In this document: one piece after another, positions 1-7,960 of the stretch | Numbering within the stretch: position 1 is the first letter of the stretch | Layout: each line of letters begins with the position of its first letter | NCBI GenBank assembly: GCA_963803435.1 | Contig: CAWDML010000001.1 | Span: 2,816,001 to 2,880,000 of the forward strand | Reading direction: 5' to 3' | DNA: 64,000 nt | From: an uncultured delta proteobacterium | GTDB taxonomy: Bacteria > Myxococcota > Kuafuiibacteriia > Kuafuiibacteriales > Kuafuiibacteriaceae | Notes under the pieces: model-generated | What the model was told of the DNA's origin: nothing | Database searches by the model: none | The model's input: the letters and a program-made list of their open reading frames with translations, nothing else | Position numbers and translations under genes: made by a program

Positions 1-760
1 GGATCATCGGTGTTCCGACCGTCCCCGCCGCCAACACCACGGCGTCGGCCTCGACCACCACCGTGCCCACGCGCTCGTCGGTCTCGATGTTCCGCACGGC
101 CGCCTGGACGCCGGCGGCGCGCCCGCGGTGGAGGAGGATCTTCTCCACGCGGGAGTCGGAGCACACGATCGCGCCGAGCTCCTCCGCCATCGGGATGAAG
201 TTGCGATCGACGCTGCCCTTGCCCCCGCTGGGGCAGCCGAGCTGACAGATCCCGCAGCCGACGCATCCGGGCGCGTTGCGATGGATGAACGCGCCGTCGA
301 GCCCGAGCTTCTCCGCGCCACGCTTGACGAACAGGTTGTTGGCGCGGGCCTGGAGTGGGTGCATCTCGGTCACGCCGATGACCTCCTCCACGTAGTCGTA
401 GATCGGCGCCAGCGCGGCCGGGCCCAGCGCCTCCAACCCGTGGCGCTCGACCCAGCGATCGAGGATGTGCTCGGGCGCGCGGTAACAGATCGCGCTGTTG
501 ATCAGCGTCGATCCGCCCACGCCGCGACCGGCCGGCATCGGATACACGGAGTCCGCCTCGACGTAGCGGCTCCCCTTGTCGGCGTAGATGTGATTGATCG
601 CCCAGCCGTAGCTCGCCGGGAAGTCGCGCGGCTGGTAGCGGTGGCCCTCCTCGAGGATCACCACCTTCCTCCCCCGCTTTGCAAGCTCACTTGCACAGGC
701 GGCGCCGCCGGCCCCGGCGCCGACCACGACCACGTCCGCTTTCAGCCGGCGCTCGTTCAT
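1..760 (-). CDS. GMC-family FAD oxidoreductase (3' end outside window)
   Basis: Manual translation from ATG at 760: MNERRLKADVVVVGAGAGGAACASELAKRGRKVVILEEG (Rossmann GxGxxG), later GRGVGGSTLINSAIC. ATGA overlap with the upstream gene. Not in the ORF track because it runs off the edge. Confidence 0.85.
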   Translation of the reverse strand, partial: MNERRLKADVVVVGAGAGGAACASELAKRGRKVVILEEGHRYQPRDFPASYGWAINHIYADKGSRYVEADSVYPMPAGRGVGGSTLINSAICYRAPEHILDRWVERHGLEALGPAALAPIYDYVEEVIGVTEMHPLQARANNLFVKRGAEKLGLDGAFIHRNAPGCVGCGICQLGCPSGGKGSVDRNFIPMAEELGAIVCSDSRVEKILLHRGRAAGVQAAVRNIETDERVGTVVVEADAVVLAAGTVGTPMI

Positions 761-1305
761 ACGCCGGCACCGCCCGCGTCCGAGGGGGTCAGGTGAGGCG
801 GGCTGCAGCCGAGGTACCAGCCCATCGCCTTGCGGACGTCGGTCTGCTCGAAGTAGTGCATACCGGCGATGAGCTTGATCGACCGGAAGGCCGTCTTCTC
901 CAGATAGACCGGCGTCAGCTCCCAGGCCCTGAGCTCGTCGGCGCGCTTCGCGGGGTCGAGGTCGACGAAACGATCCAGGTGATAGAGACGGGCATGATCG
1001 TCGATGACGTGGAGCATCGCGCGAAACGCCAGGCGCGAGTCGGGGTCGTTATGGACGAAGAACGCGTCCATCTTGGGCACCAGGTGGTCGACATCGGCGG
1101 GCGGCATGCCGGCGGCGCCGGGAAACAGCGTGGCCAGGAGCGACTCGAGGATCTCCGCCTCGCGCGTGGTGAACACGGACAGGCCGGCCCGGGGCGCTGA
1201 CCGCAGGAACCAGCCGTAGCGAAGGACGGCGCTGCTGATCAGCAGGCCGCCGGCCGCGAAGGCCCCGCGAACGAACAGCTGTCTCCGGGTGAGCCTCTTC
1301 ATCAC
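757..1305 (-). CDS. Tat-signal protein resembling gluconate 2-dehydrogenase subunit 3 family
   Basis: N-terminal TRRQLF plus hydrophobic stretch. FVDLDPAKR motif and position directly upstream of a GMC gene are typical of this family. Confidence 0.65.
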   Translation of the reverse strand: MMKRLTRRQLFVRGAFAAGGLLISSAVLRYGWFLRSAPRAGLSVFTTREAEILESLLATLFPGAAGMPPADVDHLVPKMDAFFVHNDPDSRLAFRAMLHVIDDHARLYHLDRFVDLDPAKRADELRAWELTPVYLEKTAFRSIKLIAGMHYFEQTDVRKAMGWYLGCSPPHLTPSDAGGAGV

Positions 1306-1895
1306 CTCTTGACGAGACCGCCCATCACCAGCTCCATGCCGACGCCCAGGTAGCGGTCGAAGTCGATGGGGTAGTCGAGCGCGCGCAGGGCCTCGACGCC
1401 GTCGAGAAGCGCCTTGAGGATCGCGGCGACCACCTTCGAGTCGACCGGACGGAGCACGTTCCGCTCCACGCCCTGATCGATCAGTCGCGCGACGGCGTCG
1501 ATGATCTGCGTCTGCTTCTCGAGCAAGCGCCGCGAAAGATCCGCGTCGCGCAGCGCCATCTCGCCCATCACCACGAAGAAGCGGGCGGCGTCGGGCGCGC
1601 TCTGGAAGTACTGGAGATAGTGCGCCGCCAGCACCTGCATCTTCTCGGCGATCGGATGATCGCTCTCGGTGACGCCGCTGATGAAGGCCATCGTGCGGTC
1701 GAACTCCTCCTGCACGAGCGAGTCGAAGACCTCACGCTTGCTCTTGAAGTGGAAGTAGACGCCACCTTTCGACAACCCTGCTTCCCGGGCGATGTCGTCC
1801 ATGCGGGTCGGGTGATAGCCGTTGTCGATGAAGCAGCGGCGCGCGGCGGAGAGGATCTGCTCGCGGCGAGCCTGCTCGGGCATATGACGGGTCAC
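1302..1895 (-). CDS. TetR/AcrR family transcriptional regulator
   Basis: RREQILSAARRCF...TRMDDIAREAGLSKGGVYFHFKSK HTH. Confidence 0.95.
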   Translation of the reverse strand: MTRHMPEQARREQILSAARRCFIDNGYHPTRMDDIAREAGLSKGGVYFHFKSKREVFDSLVQEEFDRTMAFISGVTESDHPIAEKMQVLAAHYLQYFQSAPDAARFFVVMGEMALRDADLSRRLLEKQTQIIDAVARLIDQGVERNVLRPVDSKVVAAILKALLDGVEALRALDYPIDFDRYLGVGMELVMGGLVKR

Positions 1896-1921
1896 GGGTC
1901 CGAAACCTCCAGGTCGGGTTA

Positions 1922-1941
1922 AACCGACCGCTGAGTCGGTT
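1922..1941. promoter_or_regulatory. Candidate TetR operator (inverted repeat AACCGAC-N6-GTCGGTT)
   Basis: Perfect 7-bp inverted repeat 27 bp upstream of the TetR ORF start. Confidence 0.55.
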
Positions 1942-2031
1942 ATGGAACGCCCGCGACGCGATGGTCAAGGGGCGCTGGGAGGAGGATCGAGATCGTCCCA
2001 CGGCGCTCAGGACGGTGTCCATCGGTCGGGC

Positions 2032-3213
2032 TCAGCCGCCCTCGGTCTCTCGCTCCATCAGCGCGAGCCGCTCCTCGCGTCGCCGTGCGAACATCGTCGC
2101 GAGGACGATGCCGAGCTCGTAGAAGATCAACAGCGGAGCGGCCATCATCACCTGCGAGATTGGATCCGGAGGTGTGAGGATCCCGCCGACCACGAAGGCG
2201 GTGACCACCCAATACTTGCGGAAGCGACGGAGCCCCGGAGGGCTGACGATCCCGACGGAGGAGAGGAACCCGAGCACCAGCGGGAGCTCGAAGACGATCC
2301 CGAAGGCGACCGTCAGCTGCATCAAGAGGCTGAGGTAGTTGTCGATGGTGAAGCTGGCGGCCAGGGAGGACGGCATCATCTGGTTCACCAGGACGTCGAA
2401 CATCATGGGGAACATGACGTAGTAGGCGAACAAACCGCCCATGCAGAACAGCACCGAGGCGCCGGCCACGCTGGGGAGGACGACCTTCTTCTCGGTGGAG
2501 TAGAGGCCGGGGGCGACGAAGCCCCAGGCTTGATAGAGCCAGATGGGGCAGGCCAGGAAGAGCCCCACCACCAGCGCGATCTTCAGATAGGCGATGAACG
2601 GCTCGAGCGGCGAGAGGACGACCAGCTTGTCGCTGGCGGTGGCCTTGCCCGCCGAGGCGGCCGCCCGGCGGATCACGCGCTGGAGCACCGGGTCGCGCAT
2701 CGGCTCGAGCAGCACGGTCGCGCCTTCGAGCTGGAGCTCGCCGACGACCGGGTCGTCCTTGCTGGAGACCAGGTAGGCGACGTACGGAGAGGGCTCCACC
2801 TTCTCGAGGAGGTCGGAGACCAGCGCCCCGTCCGAACCGATCGCGTTGGAGGAGACGAGGATCAGATCGATCGGGCGCTTCTTCTCGATCTGATCGCGGA
2901 CGACCTCGGTGACCTTCGAGAGGTCCTCGATGTTGCCGTGGAAGTCGATGCGAGGGATGTCGGCGAGCCGGGCCGCCAGCCGGGCCCCCGCGACCTCGTC
3001 CTTGTGGATGAGCAGCGTCTCGACCCGGTTGCGGTCCTGGAGGACCTTCATCAGCGGCTGGATCGAGTACTCGAGGATCTGAGGGGAGAAGCCGAGCGCG
3101 GCGGCCGTGGTGAGACAGATCGCGAGGGCGGACTTGATCAACCGGGAGCGCAGCTCGGTCAGGTGATCGATCAACGACATCTTGCTGTCGTCTAGACCGT
3201 CGTCGCGCGACAT
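2032..3213 (-). CDS. tatC: Twin-arginine translocase subunit TatC with about 125-aa insertion
   Basis: MSLIDHLTELRSRL, LYQAWGFVAPGLYSTEKK, FELP, LTPPDPISQ motifs. Confidence 0.95.
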   Translation of the reverse strand: MSRDDGLDDSKMSLIDHLTELRSRLIKSALAICLTTAAALGFSPQILEYSIQPLMKVLQDRNRVETLLIHKDEVAGARLAARLADIPRIDFHGNIEDLSKVTEVVRDQIEKKRPIDLILVSSNAIGSDGALVSDLLEKVEPSPYVAYLVSSKDDPVVGELQLEGATVLLEPMRDPVLQRVIRRAAASAGKATASDKLVVLSPLEPFIAYLKIALVVGLFLACPIWLYQAWGFVAPGLYSTEKKVVLPSVAGASVLFCMGGLFAYYVMFPMMFDVLVNQMMPSSLAASFTIDNYLSLLMQLTVAFGIVFELPLVLGFLSSVGIVSPPGLRRFRKYWVVTAFVVGGILTPPDPISQVMMAAPLLIFYELGIVLATMFARRREERLALMERETEGG

Positions 3214-3222
3214 CTCGAAAGA

Positions 3223-3534
3223 TCAACCTTCGGTCTTGATCGCTTGCGCCTTCTCGACCTCGGCGACCACTTCAGCCTCGGCGGTGGCGGCCTTCTCTTG
3301 ATCGATCTTCGCCTCGAGGTGGGCGTCCGCCAGGTCGGCGGGTGTGGAGATCCTCCGCGGACGGTCGTCGCGCAGCTCGTCGTCCATGGTGCTCTTGAAG
3401 TCCTCGGTCGCCTTCCGGAACTCCTTCAACCCTTTGCCCAGGCTGCGGGCCAGCTCCGGAAGCTTCTTCGGACCGAGGACGATGAGGGCGATGGCCAGGA
3501 TGATGGCGATTTCCCAGAAGCCCAGTCCAAACAT
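3223..3534 (-). CDS. TatA/TatB family subunit
   Basis: MFGLGFWEIAIILAIALIVLGPKKLPELARSLGKGLKEFRKA, adjacent to tatC. TatA versus TatB not resolved. Confidence 0.9.
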   Translation of the reverse strand: MFGLGFWEIAIILAIALIVLGPKKLPELARSLGKGLKEFRKATEDFKSTMDDELRDDRPRRISTPADLADAHLEAKIDQEKAATAEAEVVAEVEKAQAIKTEG

Positions 3535-3575
3535 GGCGATTCAACCATAGCACCCTGCGTTCGATTCCGCCTGCG

Positions 3576-3603
3576 TTGACGGGGTCTGCTTAGTGTATAT
3601 TAT
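3576..3603 (+). promoter_or_regulatory. Candidate sigma70 promoter of NAD operon
   Basis: TTGACG (3576-3581), 16 bp spacer, TATTAT (3598-3603). Confidence 0.5.
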
Positions 3604-3614
3604 ACACTAAGCAG
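3586..3614. promoter_or_regulatory. NrtR operator
   Basis: Perfect palindrome CTGCTTAGTGTATA-T-TATACACTAAGCAG with the GT-N7-AC core known for NrtR sites. Overlaps the -10 element of an operon that encodes NrtR. Confidence 0.85.
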
Positions 3615-3626
3615 GAGGCGAAGACG

Positions 3627-4979
3627 ATGCACGAACGCGCGCAGGCTCTGATGGCGGATCTGTATCAGCTCACGATGGCGGCTGGATACTTCAAGCACGG
3701 GCTTCATGGGAAGCGCGTGTCGTTCGAGCTGTTCTTCCGCAGGCTTCCGCCGAACCGCCGCTACATGGTGGCGGCCGGCCTCGAGACCTGCCTCACGTAC
3801 CTTCGCACGCTCCGCTTCACCGAATCGCAGATCGCGTACCTCCGCCAGGTGCCGGCGCTCCGATCGGCGATGAGCTTCGAGTTCATAGAATTCCTCCGCG
3901 ACTTCCGCTTTCGCGGAGATGTCCACGCAATGCCGGAAGGCACCGTGTGCTTCGCGCGGGAGCCGATGGTGCGCGTCACCGGCACGGTGCTGGAGGCGCA
4001 GCTCGTCGAGACCTTCCTGCTCTCCGCGATCAACACCGAGACGGTGGTGGCCAGCAAGGCCTCGCGCATCGCCCGGGCCGCCGGCGACTCCGAGTGCCTC
4101 GAGTTCGGGACGCGCCGCACCTCGCCGGAGGAGGCGGTCGCGTCGGCGCGGGCTGCCTACCTCGCCGGGTTCAGCGCCACCTCGAACGTCGAGGCCGGCT
4201 ACCGCTACGACATCCCGATCTCCGGCACGGCCGCGCACTCCTGGACGATGTCGCATCCGAGCGAGCAGGACGCGTTCGCGCACTACGTGGCCGCGTTTCC
4301 CAACCACAGCATCCTCCTCGTCGACACGTACGACACGATCGAAGGCACCAAGCGGGCGATCGCGAGCGCCGGCGCCCGGCTCAAGGGCGTCCGCCTCGAC
4401 AGCGGCGATCTCCTCGTCCTCTCCAAGGCGGTCCGCGAGCTCCTCGATCGGGCAGGCCTGAGGGACGCGATCATCGTCGCCTCCGGAGATCTCAACGAAT
4501 ACAAGATCCAGGAGCTCCGCGACGCCGGCGCCCCGATTGACGTCTGGGGCGTCGGGACCGAGCTGGTCCGCTCGATCGATCATCCGACGCTCGGCGCCGT
4601 CTACAAGATCGTCTACGACCACACCGAAGACCGGCCGGTGTCCAAGCTCTCGCAGGGCAAGGCGAGCCTCCCCGGTCTCCACCAGGTCTACCGCAAGCGC
4701 AAGGACGGCGCGGCCGAGCGTGACGTGATTGGGACGCTGGAGGAATTCCACGTCGAGAGCGAGCCCCTCCTGGTCCAGTGGATGAGCGGCGGCGAGCTGG
4801 TGCACGAGCTTCCTTCGCTCTCCGCGATCCGTGCGCACTGTCGGGCGCAGCTGGCCGCCTTGCCCGAAGATTGCCGGCGCCTCGACCCGGGAGCGCCTCA
4901 GTATGAGGTGGTGCTCAGCGACGCGCTCACGCAGCTCATCGAGGAGGTGAGCGACCGCGAGCGCGCCGAGAACCGATGA
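3627..4979 (+). CDS. pncB: Nicotinate phosphoribosyltransferase
   Basis: DLYQLTM, EFGTRR, GTAAHSW, LVDTYD, GVRLDSGD, GVGT motifs. GGAGG RBS. Confidence 0.95.
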   Translation: MHERAQALMADLYQLTMAAGYFKHGLHGKRVSFELFFRRLPPNRRYMVAAGLETCLTYLRTLRFTESQIAYLRQVPALRSAMSFEFIEFLRDFRFRGDVHAMPEGTVCFAREPMVRVTGTVLEAQLVETFLLSAINTETVVASKASRIARAAGDSECLEFGTRRTSPEEAVASARAAYLAGFSATSNVEAGYRYDIPISGTAAHSWTMSHPSEQDAFAHYVAAFPNHSILLVDTYDTIEGTKRAIASAGARLKGVRLDSGDLLVLSKAVRELLDRAGLRDAIIVASGDLNEYKIQELRDAGAPIDVWGVGTELVRSIDHPTLGAVYKIVYDHTEDRPVSKLSQGKASLPGLHQVYRKRKDGAAERDVIGTLEEFHVESEPLLVQWMSGGELVHELPSLSAIRAHCRAQLAALPEDCRRLDPGAPQYEVVLSDALTQLIEEVSDRERAENR

Positions 4980-4989
4980 GGAGAAGGCG

Positions 4990-5620
4990 ATGGATCGCAT
5001 CCGAATTCACGTCGACGTCGACACTCAGTACGACTTCTGCGACCCGACCGGCGCGCTCTTCGTGCCAGGCGCGCCGGTCGCGGTGGAACGTGCGCGCCTC
5101 GTGGTGGCGCGCGCGGTGGAGCGCGGCGAGCTCTTGATTCGGATCCGTCGATTCGCACGACTTCACCGCGTGGGAGTTTCGCGACCGAGGCGGACCGTTC
5201 CCGCGGCACTGCGTCAAGGGCACGCCGGGCTGGCTGAAGATGCCGGGGACGCTCCCGGAGCGGGCGGTGTTCGTGCCGAACGTCGCCGGGCTCGATCCCT
5301 CGGTGGTGCCGGAGGGCGCCACCTCCGTGCTGTTCGAGAAGGAGGTCTACTCGATGTTCGCCAACCCGTCGGCCGAGCCGCTGATCGATGCGCTCCTCGA
5401 GCGCCGCGGGCTGCGCCGGGAAAGCGTGGAAGCGACGGTGTTCGGCGTCGCCACCGACTACTGCGTCGAGGCGGCCGCGCTCGGCCTGATCGAGCGCGGG
5501 TTCGCGGTCGCGGTCGTCACGGACGCGATCGCCGCGGTCGAGCGCGAGGGCGGGAGGAAGGCGCTGGCGAAGATGGCAGCGGCCGGGTGCCGTCTGATCA
5601 CCACGGAGAGCCTACGATGA
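4990..5620 (+). CDS. pncA: Nicotinamidase (isochorismatase family), +1 frameshift near 5139
   Basis: DVDTQYDFC..GAL.VPG in one frame, then DSH...FPRHCVKGTPG, EK..YSMF, GVATDYCV in the next frame. Removing one base at GATTC (5136-5140) restores one ORF. Confidence 0.88.
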
Positions 5621-7266
5621 AGATCGCGCTGGCGCAGATCAACACGACCGTCGGGGCGTTCGAAGCCAATCGCGGGAAGATCCTGGCGGGGATCCGGCGC
5701 GCGGTGACGGACGGCGCCGACCTGGTGCTCTTCCCCGAGCTCGCGCTCACCGGCTATCCCCCGCTCGACCTCCTCGAGCGCCCTCCCTTCCTCGACCGCG
5801 CGGAGCAGGAGGAGGCGCGGATCATCGCCGAGATGCCGGCCGGGATCGTCGCGATCTTCGGCAACGTGGCCCGCCGGCCCGCCCCACCGACGTACGGGCG
5901 CTCCATTCTCAACACCGCGGTGGTGTGCCGGAGGGGTGAGCTGATCAAGCGCGTGTCGAAGACGCTGCTCCCCACCTACGACGTCTTCGACGAGGCCCGC
6001 TACTTCGAGTCGGGCGGCCACGCGCACGGCAACGTGATCGCCGCCGGAGAGGGGCGGGTCGGGATCTCGATCTGCGAGGACGTGTGGAACGACGAGGAGT
6101 GGGACCAGCGGCTCTATCCCATCGATCCGATCGCGCAGCTCATGGAGAGCTCCCCCGAGGTCCTCGTGAACATCTCGGCGTCGCCCTGGGCGCGAGGCCG
6201 GCGCACGCTCCGTCGGCAGATCGTGGCGAGGGCGGCGCACCGTCACGGAGTGCTGGCGGTCTACCTCAACCTGGTGGGCGCGAACGATGGGCTGATCTTC
6301 GACGGCACCTCCGTGGTGTTCGGGCCTGACGGTCAGCAGCTCTTCGAGGGTCGCTCCTTCGAAGAGGACTACGCCGTGATCGACACGGGAGCGCTGCCCG
6401 CGCCGATCACGCCGGCGCCGCGGGATCAGATCGAGGGCGTGCGGGACGCGCTGGTGCTCGGCGTCCGCGACTACTTCCGGAAGACCGGACTCACGCAGGC
6501 GGTCGTGGGTCTCTCGGGCGGCATCGACTCGGCGGTCACCGCGTACCTGGCGGCCGAGGCGATCGGCCCGGAGAACGTGATCGGAGTCGCGATGCCCAGC
6601 CGCTTCTCCTCGGAGCACTCCGTCCTCGACGCGGAGGCGCTCGCGCGGAACCTCGGGCTCCGTTTCCATCTGATCCCGCTCCAGTCGAGCTTCGTCAGCA
6701 TGCTGGCGACACTGGCGCCCGCCTTCGAGGGGCTCGAGCCGGACATCACCGAGGAGAACATGCAAGCCCGCTTGCGCGGCGTGATCCTGATGGCGATGTC
6801 CAACAAGTTTGGGGGCATCGTGCTGGCGACGGGCAACAAGAGCGAGACTTCGATGGGGTACTGCACGCTCTACGGCGACACCAACGGGGCGCTGGCCGTG
6901 CTGGGCGATCTCTACAAGCACCAGGTCTACGCGATCGCGCGGCTGGCCAACGCCGACCGGCTGCGGATCCCGGAGTCGACGATCACCAAGCCGCCGTCCG
7001 CCGAGCTGCGCCCGGACCAGAAGGACGAGGACTCCCTGCCGCCCTACCCGGTCCTGGATCGGGTGCTCGAGCTCTTCATCGAGAAGCGGGCGGGCGTGGA
7101 GGCGATCGCCGAGGAGGTGGGCATCAGCCGGGAGCTGGCGGGCAGCATCATCAATACCGTCTATCGGAACGAGTTCAAGCGGCGGCAGCTCCCGCCGACC
7201 CTGCGCGTCTCCGACAAGGCATGGACCGGACGTTACTACCCGATCGTCCAGCGCTTCAGCGAGTGA
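5617..7266 (+). CDS. nadE: Glutamine-dependent NAD+ synthetase
   Basis: Starts MKIALAQIN (ATGA overlap with pncA). Nitrilase domain (FPELALTGY, ICEDVW) plus synthetase domain (GLSGGIDS, ENMQARLRG, TGNKSE, PSAELRPDQ). Confidence 0.95.
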   Translation: MKIALAQINTTVGAFEANRGKILAGIRRAVTDGADLVLFPELALTGYPPLDLLERPPFLDRAEQEEARIIAEMPAGIVAIFGNVARRPAPPTYGRSILNTAVVCRRGELIKRVSKTLLPTYDVFDEARYFESGGHAHGNVIAAGEGRVGISICEDVWNDEEWDQRLYPIDPIAQLMESSPEVLVNISASPWARGRRTLRRQIVARAAHRHGVLAVYLNLVGANDGLIFDGTSVVFGPDGQQLFEGRSFEEDYAVIDTGALPAPITPAPRDQIEGVRDALVLGVRDYFRKTGLTQAVVGLSGGIDSAVTAYLAAEAIGPENVIGVAMPSRFSSEHSVLDAEALARNLGLRFHLIPLQSSFVSMLATLAPAFEGLEPDITEENMQARLRGVILMAMSNKFGGIVLATGNKSETSMGYCTLYGDTNGALAVLGDLYKHQVYAIARLANADRLRIPESTITKPPSAELRPDQKDEDSLPPYPVLDRVLELFIEKRAGVEAIAEEVGISRELAGSIINTVYRNEFKRRQLPPTLRVSDKAWTGRYYPIVQRFSE

Positions 7267-7949
7267 ACGACGTCAGAACAGTGGAGCGGCGGCTCGGCGT
7301 CGCGGTCGACATCGTCGTATTCACGGTGGTCGACGGGCGGCTCGAGGTCCTGCTCACGCGCCGGCCCAGCGAGCCGTTCGAGGGGCGGTGGGCGCTGCCC
7401 GGCGGCTTCGTTCGAGTCGACGAGAGCGCGGATGCCGCCGCCGAGCGGGAGCTCCGCGACAAGGCAGGCGTCGAGGACGTGTTCCTCGAGCAGCTCTATA
7501 CCTTCAGCGCGCCCGAGCGGGACCCGCGCTCCCGCGTGGTCTCGGTCGCGTACTACGCGCTGGTGTCGCAAGACAAGTTGCAAAATCGCGAAGGGACCCG
7601 CGAGCCGCGGTGGTTCGGGATCTGGACTGATGAGGAGGAGCGGGTGCACGTGGGGCCACACCGCGACGAGCTGCCGATCGCGTTCGATCACCGCGAGATC
7701 CTGCAGACGGCCGTCGATCGCATCCGGGGCAAGATCGACTATGCCCCGATCGGATTCCAGCTCCTCCCGCGATGCTTCACGCTCACGGACATCCAGACGA
7801 TCTACGAGGCGGTGCTGGGACGCCCGATCGACAAGCGGAACTTCCGCACCAAGCTGCTCCGCTCCGGCCTGGTCCGCGAGGTGGACGCGTTTCGCAAGGG
7901 ACCGCACCGGCCCGCGCGGCTCTACGAGTTCACGCACCGGACGTTTTGA
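7263..7949 (+). CDS. nrtR: NrtR regulator (Nudix + winged helix)
   Basis: Degenerate Nudix box (GGFVRVDESADAAAERELRDKAG), EQLYTF, RDPR, C-terminal DKRNFR...RPARLY. GTGA overlap with nadE. Confidence 0.9.
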   Translation: MNDVRTVERRLGVAVDIVVFTVVDGRLEVLLTRRPSEPFEGRWALPGGFVRVDESADAAAERELRDKAGVEDVFLEQLYTFSAPERDPRSRVVSVAYYALVSQDKLQNREGTREPRWFGIWTDEEERVHVGPHRDELPIAFDHREILQTAVDRIRGKIDYAPIGFQLLPRCFTLTDIQTIYEAVLGRPIDKRNFRTKLLRSGLVREVDAFRKGPHRPARLYEFTHRTF

Positions 7950-7960
7950 GCCGGCAGGCG

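Noticed and set aside
4990-7266. 758-aa ORF suggesting a PncA-NadE fusion
   Set aside because: Produced by the +1 indel near 5139. pncA ends at 5620 and nadE has its own ATG at 5617.
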